Source of the DNA: an uncultured Clostridium sp.
Lineage (GTDB): Bacteria; Bacillota_I; Bacilli_A; RF39; UBA660
Length of the DNA: 64,000 nucleotides
Reading direction: 5' to 3'
Assembly: GCA_946402315.1 (NCBI GenBank)
Contig: CAMIWC010000003.1
Location: 12,879-76,878, forward strand
The notes beneath the pieces were generated by a model. It was not told the DNA's origin. It ran no database searches and was given only the letters and a program-made list of their open reading frames with translations. Positions 33,008-42,580 of this stretch are shown in pieces. A program made the position numbers and the translations under genes. The stretch's first letter is position 1. Every line of letters begins with the position of its first letter.

Positions 33008-34387
33008 ATGAAAAAAGTATTATTATTCTTATTAGTATTAATGTTTTTTCCAACTACAACGTTTGCCATAACTAGTCGTAAAGATTTTGGAAAGATAGAG
33101 TCAAAAAAGTCTTTACAAACTTGTAATCAATATATCAATTACTATTTTGATTATCCTATTGTAGGTGAAAATCCATCTGAAACTGTAAAAGCAGTCTATA
33201 AAACTTCTGAAAATGAAGGTACAATTAACATCAGAGTAGATTGGTATGAATATGATAGTTCTGCTTATGACGCATTAATGTTGGATTATTCTATTGATGG
33301 AACTAAACTTGAAGGTAAATTTAAAAAAGGAAAATATTATATTTGGGATTTTGCAGAAGATTTAACTGCTGAAGAAAGAGTTGAATTAAATTCAATAAAT
33401 AGAGAGTTTACTTGTAATCCTTCTACAATTATAAATGATGTTTCTCATAATAATTCTTCTGAATTAGATTGGGATATATTTAATTTTGTAACTCCAATTG
33501 AAAAAAATGACACTATTGAAATAACTGATGCTAGTGTTATTGACTATATGGATGATTATGACAAATTATATGATTCTATTGAAGATTTTATGTATGGTAC
33601 AATTGATGGATTAAATGTTAGTTTTAATCTTAAATTTGATAGAGTTGATACTTCATATACATATTTAATTACAATAAAAAATGGATATAATGAAGATGTA
33701 GAGATACATGTTGGAGAATTAGCAAATAAAAGTGATTATGTAGAATACGATTTTAGATTTGCTGATAGTAATAATATTGCTAAAGCATATTCAAATAAAT
33801 ACTTATATGTAACAGCTACTTATAAAATTGAAGTACCTGAAGAACAATTAGAAAATGGTTATACAGAATCTAATGAAATAGAATTAAAAGTAGGTACTGA
33901 TCCACTTCCAGATGATAAAGAAAACAATCCTAAGACTAATACATCTACAGCAATCATAATAGTTGCTTTATCTGTTGCGTTAATAATTGCAATTATTAGA
34001 ATTGGAGTTAAGAAAAAAATTAAATATTTTGTAATTGTTCTAGCATCTTTATTTATATTTGTTCCATTTACTGTAGATGCAGTTAAAAGTGCTACTTTAA
34101 AAGTAGTTACTAATGTAGAAATTACTTATGAAATGACTTCTATTAAAATAGATGATGAAACAATATATATTAGATCTGGTATGACATTAGATGAATTTAT
34201 ACATAGTGATTATAACGTTAATCATTACGTAGAATGTATTTCTTGTAGTGAAGTAACTAGTGAGTTGGTAGGCAAACAAGCACTATGTCCAATCTATGTA
34301 TCAATAAATAAAGGAAAAAATGATCCAATTATGGATGAAGGTAACTTTGAAGTAGTTACACTAGATTACTGTCAAGAAGTAAAATAG
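33008..34387 (+). CDS. Secreted/surface protein with internal NPKTN sorting signal plus a second signal-like segment (paralog 2)
   Basis: Same RBS context (AGAGGTGTATGT-ATG) as paralog 1; shared GYTESNE(V/I)EL, NPKT, RIG(I/V)KKK, FVPFT motifs. Confidence 0.75.
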   Translation: MKKVLLFLLVLMFFPTTTFAITSRKDFGKIESKKSLQTCNQYINYYFDYPIVGENPSETVKAVYKTSENEGTINIRVDWYEYDSSAYDALMLDYSIDGTKLEGKFKKGKYYIWDFAEDLTAEERVELNSINREFTCNPSTIINDVSHNNSSELDWDIFNFVTPIEKNDTIEITDASVIDYMDDYDKLYDSIEDFMYGTIDGLNVSFNLKFDRVDTSYTYLITIKNGYNEDVEIHVGELANKSDYVEYDFRFADSNNIAKAYSNKYLYVTATYKIEVPEEQLENGYTESNEIELKVGTDPLPDDKENNPKTNTSTAIIIVALSVALIIAIIRIGVKKKIKYFVIVLASLFIFVPFTVDAVKSATLKVVTNVEITYEMTSIKIDDETIYIRSGMTLDEFIHSDYNVNHYVECISCSEVTSELVGKQALCPIYVSINKGKNDPIMDEGNFEVVTLDYCQEVK

Positions 34388-34491
34388 AGGAAGAGTATTA
34401 AATACTCTTTTTTTATGTAAATATATTAAATATATACTTGATACTGATATTTATTAATAATAAAATATATATTGTAGGATAGGTGATATAA

Positions 34492-35337
34492 GTGTATAAA
34501 GTACTATATAATAAACAAATTAGCCCTGATTCATATGAAATGCTTATAGATGCTCCTTTAGCAATAAAAAAAGCAATACCAGGACAATTTGTAATAGTAA
34601 TGGCAAAAAAGGATAGTGAGAGAATTCCATTAACTATTTATGATATGGATAAAGAGAAAGGTCTACTTACAATTATTTATCAAGTAATTGGTGCTTCTAC
34701 TGAAGAATTAACTCATGTAAAAGAAGAATTATTTAGTGTAGTAGGACCTCTTGGTAATCCAAATGAAATTTGTGCTAATCCAGAAGAATTTAAAGGTAAA
34801 AGAATTTGTTATGTAGCTGGTGGAGTTGGTATTGCACCAGTATATCCTCAAGTAAAACATTTAAAAGAAAATGGTATAGATGTAGATGTTATATATGGTT
34901 CTCGTAATAAAGATTTATTACTTATTAGAGATAAAATAGAAGCAGTATGTGATAATGTTATTTATACAACAGATGATGGTAGTTATGGTAGACAAGGATT
35001 TGTTACTACTGTTTTAGAAGAAAATTTAGATAAGTATGATGTAGTAGTAGCAATCGGACCTATTATTATGATGAAGAATGTTGCTGAAGTAACAAGAAAG
35101 AATAATATTAAAACTATAGTTAGTATGAATCCATTAATGGTAGATGGTTCTGGTATGTGTGGTGCTTGTCGTTGTGAAGTAGATGGTAAACCTAAATTTG
35201 CTTGTATTCATGGACCTGAATTTGATGGACATAAAATAGATTTTGATCTTGCTTTGAAACGAATGAAAATATATAAAGAAGAAGAAAAAGTTAAATGGGA
35301 TCAAATGAAAGAATTATTAGCAAAGGACAATTCTTAG
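34492..35337 (+). CDS. nfnA: NfnA/SudB-type FAD/[2Fe-2S] subunit of NADH-dependent ferredoxin:NADP+ oxidoreductase
   Basis: PGQFVIV, ERIPLTI, GPLG, AGGVGIAP, MVDGSGMCGACR...ACIHGPEFDG. Confidence 0.85.
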   Translation: MYKVLYNKQISPDSYEMLIDAPLAIKKAIPGQFVIVMAKKDSERIPLTIYDMDKEKGLLTIIYQVIGASTEELTHVKEELFSVVGPLGNPNEICANPEEFKGKRICYVAGGVGIAPVYPQVKHLKENGIDVDVIYGSRNKDLLLIRDKIEAVCDNVIYTTDDGSYGRQGFVTTVLEENLDKYDVVVAIGPIIMMKNVAEVTRKNNIKTIVSMNPLMVDGSGMCGACRCEVDGKPKFACIHGPEFDGHKIDFDLALKRMKIYKEEEKVKWDQMKELLAKDNS

Positions 35338-35346
35338 GAGGTTATT

Positions 35347-36705
35347 ATGGAAGATAAAAAGGTAAAAGGAAGATTACAATCTCCAGAAGAACGTGTTAAG
35401 AATTTTAATGAAGTAGAGTTTGGTTTTAATGATGAAGAAGCAAAACAAGAAGCAGATAGATGCTTACATTGTATGAATCCACAATGTGTTAAAGGTTGCC
35501 CAGTTAATATTATGATTCCTGAATTTATTCAATGTATTAAAGAAGGAGATATTAAAGGAGCTTATGATGTAATAACTAGAAGTTCATCTCTTCCAGCTAT
35601 TTGTGGAAGAGTTTGTCCTCAAGAAAAACAATGTGAATCTAAGTGTATTAAAGGAATCAAAGGAGATGCAATATCTATTGGTTCTCTTGAAAGATATGTT
35701 GCTGATCAAGCTATAATTAATAATTTTAATGTAAGTAAAAAAGTAGAAAAGAATGGTAAAAAAGTAGCAATCGTAGGTAGTGGACCAGCTGGTCTTACTT
35801 GTGCTGGTGACCTTGCTAAAGCAGGATTTGATGTAACTATATTTGAGATTCTTCACAAAGCAGGAGGAGTACTTACTTATGGTATTCCTGAATTTAGACT
35901 TCCAAAAGCAATAGTAGAAAAAGAAGTAGAAAGTCTAAAGAAATTAGGTGTAAGAATTAATACTAATGTACCTATTGGTAATGCTATAACTATTCCAGAA
36001 CTACAAGAACAATATGATGCAGTATTTGTTGGTACAGGTGCTGGACTTCCTAAATTTATGGGTATTCCTGGTGAAGATGCAAATGAAGTATTTAGTGCTA
36101 ATGAAATACTTACTCGTATTAATTTAATGGGTGCATATAAGGATGATTCTAAGACTCCAATTAAGCACTTAAAGAAGGCTTATGTTATTGGAGGAGGAAA
36201 CGTAGCAATGGATGCTGTACGTTCTCTAAAGAGACTTGGAATAGATGCTCATTTAATGTATCGTCGTAGTGAAGAAGAACTTCCTGCTAGAAAAATGGAA
36301 GTAGAACATGCTAAAGATGAAGGAATTATCTTCGATGTACTTACTAATCCAGTTAGAATACTTACAGATGAAAATAACTCAGTTATTGGTATGGAAGTAG
36401 TTAATATGGTTTTAGGTGAACCAGGAGAAGATGGTAGACGTAGTGTTAATGAAGATGAGTCTTCACTTCATAAAGTAGATTGTGATATGGTAGTTATGGC
36501 ACTTGGTACTAGTCCTAATCATGAAGCACTAAAAAATAGTGATATTGAATTAAGTGATAGAGGATTAATTGTTGTAGAAGGTACTAAGACATCTTTAGAT
36601 AATGTCTATGCTGGTGGAGATGCTGTAACAGGTGCTGCTACTGTAATTCTTGCTATGGAAGCTGGTAAGAAAGCTGCACAAGAAATAATAGATAAATTAA
36701 AGTAG
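35347..36705 (+). CDS. nfnB: NfnB/SudA-type (GltD-like) flavo-iron-sulfur subunit
   Basis: RCLHCMNPQCVKGCP, CGRVCPQEKQCE, GSGPAG, GGGNVAMD, AGGDAVTG; paired with nfnA and no gltB nearby. Confidence 0.85.
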   Translation: MEDKKVKGRLQSPEERVKNFNEVEFGFNDEEAKQEADRCLHCMNPQCVKGCPVNIMIPEFIQCIKEGDIKGAYDVITRSSSLPAICGRVCPQEKQCESKCIKGIKGDAISIGSLERYVADQAIINNFNVSKKVEKNGKKVAIVGSGPAGLTCAGDLAKAGFDVTIFEILHKAGGVLTYGIPEFRLPKAIVEKEVESLKKLGVRINTNVPIGNAITIPELQEQYDAVFVGTGAGLPKFMGIPGEDANEVFSANEILTRINLMGAYKDDSKTPIKHLKKAYVIGGGNVAMDAVRSLKRLGIDAHLMYRRSEEELPARKMEVEHAKDEGIIFDVLTNPVRILTDENNSVIGMEVVNMVLGEPGEDGRRSVNEDESSLHKVDCDMVVMALGTSPNHEALKNSDIELSDRGLIVVEGTKTSLDNVYAGGDAVTGAATVILAMEAGKKAAQEIIDKLK

Positions 36706-36752
36706 GATTTTCCTACTTTTTTTGATATACTTAAAATAGAAGGTGAGTCTAT

Positions 36753-39700
36753 ATGAATAAAAAGAGAAATTTAATTATAATTATATTATTTATTCTTTTA
36801 ATTTTATTAATACCTATAATATTAATTACTATTATTAAGAATAATAATAATAAACTAAAAGAAAAAGAATTAGTAATAACTATTGAAAACGGAGAACTAC
36901 AACCTGAATTTAATCTAAATACATATAATTATGTGGTTTATACAAAGAATGACACCATTAAAATAATATGTAATATAGATATAGATGATTGTAATCAAGA
37001 TATTGATATAAATGAATTAGAAAGTTATAAAATTAAGTACAATAATAAGTATTATTATTTTGATTTTATTAAAGTAGAAGATGATATAGAGATTCCTACT
37101 ATAAAAATATTAGATGTAAAAGGTAATAGTACTAATTGGGTAAGAGAATTAACTTTAGAAGTACAAGTGTATAATCCTAATAATGAAGAATTATCTTATT
37201 CATTTGATAATGGTACTTCATGGTCTAATTCTAATAAAAAGAAGATTACTACTAATGGTATTTATACTATTTTAGTTAAAAGTACTAATATAGTAGATCA
37301 AACCGAAGTAGAAATAACTAAAATAGATAATACTGCTCCTATAGTTAGTATTAATCAAAAGAAAATTAATAATAATGAAATAACTTTAGAAGCAACTGCT
37401 CATGATGATTTATCAGGAATAGATACTTATACATGGAGTACTAAAGAAACTACTACAAGTATTAAAGTAACTAAGAATGGTAAATATACTCTTACTGTTA
37501 AGGATAAAGCTGGTAATGAAACTAAAAATGAAGTAAATGTAACTACAATTGGAACAAATACAAATCCAGAGACTACATTTAATGCTGTTTTTGATAGTAA
37601 TGATAATACTGGTAAACTAACTAATTTATCTTGTACTACTAAAACAGGTAGTTGTACTATAACTGCTCCTCAAATAACTAGAAATGGTTATATTGTCTTA
37701 GGATGGAGTACTAATCCTAATAGTAAAACTGCTGAATATAAAGTTAATGATAAGATTACTTTAAATAAGAATTCTATATTCTATGCTATTACGTATAAAA
37801 CTATTACTGTTACTTTTGATCGTAATGGTAATACTAGTCAAACTGATAATAATGTTACAACTACAAATATAATTACTAAGAAATGTAATATATATAATAA
37901 AGAAACAAAATGTACTATTAAAACTCCTAAAATAAATATGAATGGATTTACTATTTTAGGATATAGTACAGGAAGTACTACCTATAGTGATTACTGGAAA
38001 GAAAATACAGATGGATTTGTATATGATAATAAAAAGTACTATGCTCAAACATATAAAGAACCAAGAACAGTAAGTGTATTTTTCTATCGTAATGGTAATG
38101 AATCTTTAATAAATAGTGCCGGTAAAACTATAACTGATAAAGAATACAAAGAATCTTGTACTATTCCTAGTGCTAGAAATGGTTCTAATCAAAATGATTA
38201 TTGTTCAATTATAAGTCCAACTATTATAATGTCTGGAAATACTATATTAGGATATTCAAACTTTTCTAATGATACTACTATTACATGGGAACATAATACT
38301 AAAAAGAATATTAAAAATACTGGTTGGTATTATGCTCAAACATATAAAAAATATAATGCTACATTTGATAAGAATGGATCTACTAGTGTTGGAGCAACTG
38401 CCTTGAATTGTATATCATATAACAATAATAATGGATGTAATATTACAGCTCCTACTATTACAAGAAAAGGATTTACTATTAATGGATGGAGTACCAATAT
38501 GAATGCTTCAACTGGAGAGTATCTAGTAGGTAATATAATATTCTTAACAAAGAATAATAGTAAGTTCTATGCTATTACTAGTAAAGAAATAACTGTTACA
38601 TTTAATAAGAATGGAAATACTAATCAAATTGATGGTGGTAATACTTATACTAGTGATACTTATAATAAGAAATGTACTATTAGAAATATTGCAACATCTT
38701 GTAATATAACACCTCCGACAGCAAACACTAATAATTATGAATTCTTAGGATATACAACTGGATCTACTGTCTATAGTAATTTTTGGAAAACAGGAGCCAA
38801 ATCATTTACTCAAAATGCTACTTATTATGGACAAACTATTAAGACTGTAACTGTTACATTTGATAAGAATACTACATTTGATCATAATACTGTACCTAAA
38901 ACAAGCAGTGATTATCATTGGTCTAAAACTAATATAGCTGCTACTAAGTTAAGTTTCTATAATAGAACGTGCACAAGTAGAAATAATGTTGGATGTTATA
39001 TAGGTAAAGTACCAATTATTTATTCATCTGGAAACGAGGTTGTTGGTTGGTCATTTTCTTCAGATGGAGGAATAAGTTATATAGGTAAACTTCAATTCAA
39101 ACAAGATACTACTATTTATGCTAGAATCTATAACAGTCATAGTAAAGGAACATTTAATTGTTCTAATTGTAGTAATACTAATCCTAAAAAGATTGGTAAT
39201 ATGATTATTGAATATGATAATTCTATCAGTGGTTCTAAACAAAATAGTTATAATACTTATTTAGAGCATATGTATGCTAAAATGCCTCAAATGTTTAAAA
39301 CAACTGCTAAGATTAGAGTAGTATCAAGAGAATCATTTAATGATTGGTGGGGAGCTTATGGAGGTATTACAGGAGGATATTATGAATATCCAATAGTTGA
39401 TATTCCTGAATATGGTGAAAATCATTTTAGAGGTGCAATTGCTCACGAACTTGGCCATGCTTTAGATAGATATTATGGTGTTTTCTCTAGTAGTAGAAAA
39501 CGTATTAGTCAAGATCAAACATTAATAAATATGGCTGAGAAATGTAGAACCGATGTTAATGAATGTGGATATATTTGGGAACATGGAACTTCTGATAGTG
39601 AAATGAATGAATTTGTAGCTAATATGTTCCACGTTTATTTCTATAATATTGCTAATACAGAAGATCTATGGACACCATCAAATCCAGATAAGATGATTCT

Positions 39701-39761
39701 AAGTACTAAATTAAGAAATAAGATTATTAATTATTTAAATGAAGTGTCTGCATTTGAATAG
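36753..39761 (+). CDS. Large membrane-anchored extracellular protein: Ig-like domains, ~6 InlB B-repeat-like units, C-terminal HExxH metalloprotease
   Basis: N-terminal TM; repeats of T(V)TFDxNG...C...C.I..P.....G...LG(W/Y)S...YYA; AIAHELGH and downstream NEFVA. Confidence 0.8.
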   Translation: MNKKRNLIIIILFILLILLIPIILITIIKNNNNKLKEKELVITIENGELQPEFNLNTYNYVVYTKNDTIKIICNIDIDDCNQDIDINELESYKIKYNNKYYYFDFIKVEDDIEIPTIKILDVKGNSTNWVRELTLEVQVYNPNNEELSYSFDNGTSWSNSNKKKITTNGIYTILVKSTNIVDQTEVEITKIDNTAPIVSINQKKINNNEITLEATAHDDLSGIDTYTWSTKETTTSIKVTKNGKYTLTVKDKAGNETKNEVNVTTIGTNTNPETTFNAVFDSNDNTGKLTNLSCTTKTGSCTITAPQITRNGYIVLGWSTNPNSKTAEYKVNDKITLNKNSIFYAITYKTITVTFDRNGNTSQTDNNVTTTNIITKKCNIYNKETKCTIKTPKINMNGFTILGYSTGSTTYSDYWKENTDGFVYDNKKYYAQTYKEPRTVSVFFYRNGNESLINSAGKTITDKEYKESCTIPSARNGSNQNDYCSIISPTIIMSGNTILGYSNFSNDTTITWEHNTKKNIKNTGWYYAQTYKKYNATFDKNGSTSVGATALNCISYNNNNGCNITAPTITRKGFTINGWSTNMNASTGEYLVGNIIFLTKNNSKFYAITSKEITVTFNKNGNTNQIDGGNTYTSDTYNKKCTIRNIATSCNITPPTANTNNYEFLGYTTGSTVYSNFWKTGAKSFTQNATYYGQTIKTVTVTFDKNTTFDHNTVPKTSSDYHWSKTNIAATKLSFYNRTCTSRNNVGCYIGKVPIIYSSGNEVVGWSFSSDGGISYIGKLQFKQDTTIYARIYNSHSKGTFNCSNCSNTNPKKIGNMIIEYDNSISGSKQNSYNTYLEHMYAKMPQMFKTTAKIRVVSRESFNDWWGAYGGITGGYYEYPIVDIPEYGENHFRGAIAHELGHALDRYYGVFSSSRKRISQDQTLINMAEKCRTDVNECGYIWEHGTSDSEMNEFVANMFHVYFYNIANTEDLWTPSNPDKMILSTKLRNKIINYLNEVSAFE

Positions 39762-39769
39762 GAGAGATT

Positions 39770-39952
39770 ATGGGAATATTTAGTTTTCTATTTGAAGATA
39801 CTAACTTTCAAAAAGAAAAGAAAGAAAAAGACAATTTAGCCGGATTAGACAAATGGCAAAAAGAAGAAGTAAAGAAAGGAAACTATGATACATTTAACTT
39901 CGAAGAAGAAGAATTAGAAGATGATGATTATTACTTCGAAGATGATAAATAA
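39770..39952 (+). CDS. Small acidic hypothetical protein (60 aa)
   Basis: GGAGAG RBS, ATG; acidic C-terminus. Confidence 0.55.
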   Translation: MGIFSFLFEDTNFQKEKKEKDNLAGLDKWQKEEVKKGNYDTFNFEEEELEDDDYYFEDDK

Positions 39953-39962
39953 AAATTTGATA

Positions 39963-39991
39963 TTTACAAAATGTTAAAAACATGATATAAT
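39963..39991 (+). promoter_or_regulatory. SigA promoter for the riboswitch leader
   Basis: TTTACA-17 bp-TATAAT. Confidence 0.75.
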
Positions 39992-39999
39992 ATACACTC

Positions 40000-40115
40000 G
40001 TAATTGGGAGTAGTCCTTAAATGCAATAATGCGACAATTCGTTAGTGAAATCGCTATCCGTATTATTGGGGTGTATATCTGGACAAGACTTTTACTATAA
40101 AGGTCTTGTCTTTTT
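40000..40115 (+). ncRNA. yybP-ykoY (Mn2+) riboswitch with overlapping intrinsic terminator
   Basis: GUAAUUG-GGAGUAG ... stem CAAUAAUGCG/CGUAUUAUUG enclosing ACAAUUCG and hairpin UAGUG-AAAU-CGCUA ... CAAGA-CUUUUAC; terminator GACAAGAC...GUCUUGUC-UUUUU (40082-40115). Motif order matches the known family consensus. Confidence 0.8.
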
Positions 40116-40176
40116 AATTATATTTTTACTTTTTTGCAGGACCTTTATAAAAAAATCTATGAAGGGAATGATGAAA

Positions 40177-40608
40177 ATGAGAAAAGTAAAAGTATTTTTA
40201 GGAGGAACTTGTGCAAGTTCAACATGGAGAGAGGAATTAATTCCAATGTTAGATGATTCTAAAGTTGAAACATTTAACCCAGTAGTGCCTAACTGGACTC
40301 CAGAATGTCAAGCAGAGGAGGATATGCATAGAGAAACAGATGATATTTGTTTATATGTTATAACTCCAGAAGGAGAAGGATTCTATAGTTTCGTAGAAGT
40401 TACTGATGACAGTAATAAAAGACCAGAAAGAACTGTTCTATGTGTACTTATGGAAGCAAATGGAAAGATGTTCGAAGGTCATATAGCAAAATGTGTACTT
40501 AAAACTATGAAGTTAGTAGCTAAAAACGGTGCAACTGTAGTAGACAACCTAGAAGATCTAGCTCAACATTTAAATGATGCTCAACAAAAAATCAAGAGTA
40601 TTCAATAA
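40177..40608 (+). CDS. Nucleoside 2-deoxyribosyltransferase-like protein (Nuc_deoxyri_tr2-type)
   Basis: VFLGGTC...WREELI...FNPVVPNWT...LYVITP...GFYSFVEV. The ORF-track start at 40045 lies inside the riboswitch. Confidence 0.75.
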   Translation: MRKVKVFLGGTCASSTWREELIPMLDDSKVETFNPVVPNWTPECQAEEDMHRETDDICLYVITPEGEGFYSFVEVTDDSNKRPERTVLCVLMEANGKMFEGHIAKCVLKTMKLVAKNGATVVDNLEDLAQHLNDAQQKIKSIQ

Positions 40609-40672
40609 TAGAAAAGAGATTAGTTCATTGAACTAGTCTCTTTTTATATGTTAGAATAATATTGGTGAAGAT

Positions 40673-41296
40673 ATGAAAAATATTATATTTGATATTGGAA
40701 ATATTATTTTTTATTATGATATTAATAAAGTACCAGAATTATTTTCAGATGATCCTGATGAACAAAAGTTCATAATAGATAATCTTATTAAATCTCCAGA
40801 ATGGTTAGGATACGGATTAATTGATACAGGATTATTATCTATTTCTGATCTAGTTAAATTAACACAAGATCGTACTGATCATTTAAAAGATAAACTTATA
40901 TTTAATTTTTGGCATCATTATATGGATTCTGGATATGTATCTAGTGATGTTCTATTACTATTAAAGAATCTAAGTAAAGCAGGATATAAAATATATTTAT
41001 TATCTAATATGAGTCAAAACTTTTATGATAAAGTTGAACCTTCTGGTTTATTTGATTTAGTAGATGGATATGTTTTATCATTTCAAGAATGTGCTTTAAA
41101 ACCATATACTGAAATATATAAGATCTTATTAGATAGATATAATCTTAATCCAGAAGAATCTTTATTTTTAGATGATTTAGATAAAAACATAGAAACAGCT
41201 AAATTATTAGGAATTAGTTCTGAATTAGTAGAAAAAGATAATTATAATGATTTAATAGCTAAATTAAATAAATATAATATTAAAACTGAGTTATAA
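40673..41296 (+). CDS. HAD-superfamily phosphatase
   Basis: IIFDIGNI, LSNM, LKPYTEIY, FLDD. Confidence 0.88.
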   Translation: MKNIIFDIGNIIFYYDINKVPELFSDDPDEQKFIIDNLIKSPEWLGYGLIDTGLLSISDLVKLTQDRTDHLKDKLIFNFWHHYMDSGYVSSDVLLLLKNLSKAGYKIYLLSNMSQNFYDKVEPSGLFDLVDGYVLSFQECALKPYTEIYKILLDRYNLNPEESLFLDDLDKNIETAKLLGISSELVEKDNYNDLIAKLNKYNIKTEL

Positions 41297-41341
41297 GTAT
41301 TTACAATTAATACATCTTATGATAAATTGATTTCAATTGAA

Positions 41342-41535
41342 TGTTGATTAATACTTAGTAATTTAATACTTATTTTTTAGAGAGTTCGTGGTTGGTGTAA
41401 ATGAATAAATACTATTAAATGAAATACATATTAAGAATTCAATCGGTAGTAACGTTATAGCTTTGAGGTAATAATAATTACAAATTAAGGTGGTACCACG
41501 AATATTTCGTCCTTATGACAAGTATTTGTGTTTTT
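41342..41535 (+). promoter_or_regulatory. T-box leader, tyrosine specifier
   Basis: Stem I with AGAGAG/GGTTGGTG tip and GAAA-UAC-A specifier (UAC at 41425-41427); T-box AAGGTGGTACCACG (41487-41500) pairing with TTCGTCCTT; promoter TTTACA-17-TAAATT at 41300-41328. Confidence 0.9.
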
Positions 41536-41552
41536 TAATTTTAGGAGTTATT

Positions 41553-42569
41553 ATGGGATTAATTTTTTCTAAAAATTTACAAGGATTATTGGAGAGAGAA
41601 AATGTTTCTCTGTCTAAATCAGGAATCGATACAACTAATATAGATTTATCTTCAATAAGAAGTAGTGATGAATTAATATCTAGATTAGTTAGTACTAATA
41701 GCTTATTTGCTAACGAAGAAAGAGATAAAAAATCTATAGAAAGATATCTAGAATTAAGAAATATGGATATTTTATCAATGCTTTATTACTTTGAAGGTCC
41801 TGGAGACAATATGGATTTAGCAAAAGCATCTAGATATGATGGTGGTGCAGTAATAAGTGGTGAAGAACATTTTACCCAAGAACAATTACTATCGCGTGGT
41901 AAATATGATTATCGTATTACTATGAGAGGATCAAATAAAATTAGTACTGAAGAAGCTCTAGCATATGTTGATGCTTTAATAAGAGAAGCTAATAATAGAA
42001 AATTAAATATTAGAATGAAAGATCAATGGACTCATGATGCAGTTATTTTATATGTAAATCAAGAAGAATTGCTTTCAACTGTAAGAATGTTAGAAGATTT
42101 AAGAAATGATACTAGTTATGGAACTCTTGTTCAAGATGCAATAAAACACTTTGGACCAATAATGCCTTTTGGAGCAACTATAAGTAAAGATTCATATTAT
42201 AGTATAGGTATGGCTCATTCTGAAGGAGAATTCGGAAAAGTATCTTCTCAACTTAGAGGTTCTTATGGTGGTAATTTTGGTAATACCTTTGGAGGTTATA
42301 TTGAAGATACTTGTTTAGCACCAACATATGATAGTTTATTAGCTAAGTATAATGGTGATGCTAGCAAAATAACAGTAGATGAAATGTATAATGGCGCTGT
42401 TAATAGACATAAGATGTATATGTTAGGTAATACTAATGAAAATATACCTTTATGGATGAATAGAAGAAATTACACTGATTATAAAAATATGAAAAGAAAA
42501 AGCAATGAAGAAATGAATGGATTTAGAAGAGCAACAGACTTTGATCTTGAATCTTCTGTCCATAAATAG
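41553..42569 (+). CDS. Orphan protein between the T-box and tyrS (possible HopA1/phosphothreonine-lyase-like fold)
   Basis: AGGAG RBS then ATG 41553; the track start at 41490 is inside the T-box. Fold guess is from motif spacing only. Confidence 0.65.
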   Translation: MGLIFSKNLQGLLERENVSLSKSGIDTTNIDLSSIRSSDELISRLVSTNSLFANEERDKKSIERYLELRNMDILSMLYYFEGPGDNMDLAKASRYDGGAVISGEEHFTQEQLLSRGKYDYRITMRGSNKISTEEALAYVDALIREANNRKLNIRMKDQWTHDAVILYVNQEELLSTVRMLEDLRNDTSYGTLVQDAIKHFGPIMPFGATISKDSYYSIGMAHSEGEFGKVSSQLRGSYGGNFGNTFGGYIEDTCLAPTYDSLLAKYNGDASKITVDEMYNGAVNRHKMYMLGNTNENIPLWMNRRNYTDYKNMKRKSNEEMNGFRRATDFDLESSVHK

Positions 42570-42580
42570 GAGGTATAAAT

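Noticed and set aside
39770-39952. 60-aa acidic protein ending DDDYYFEDDK, echoing the pilus ATPase tail EDDEYY
   Set aside because: The resemblance is low-complexity only; no evidence of a link.
40045-40176. ORF-track N-terminal extension of the NDT-like gene
   Set aside because: It runs through the riboswitch and terminator; the RBS supports a start near 40171-40177.
41490-41552. ORF-track GTG start of the orphan upstream of tyrS
   Set aside because: The GTG is part of the T-box sequence; the real RBS precedes ATG 41553.
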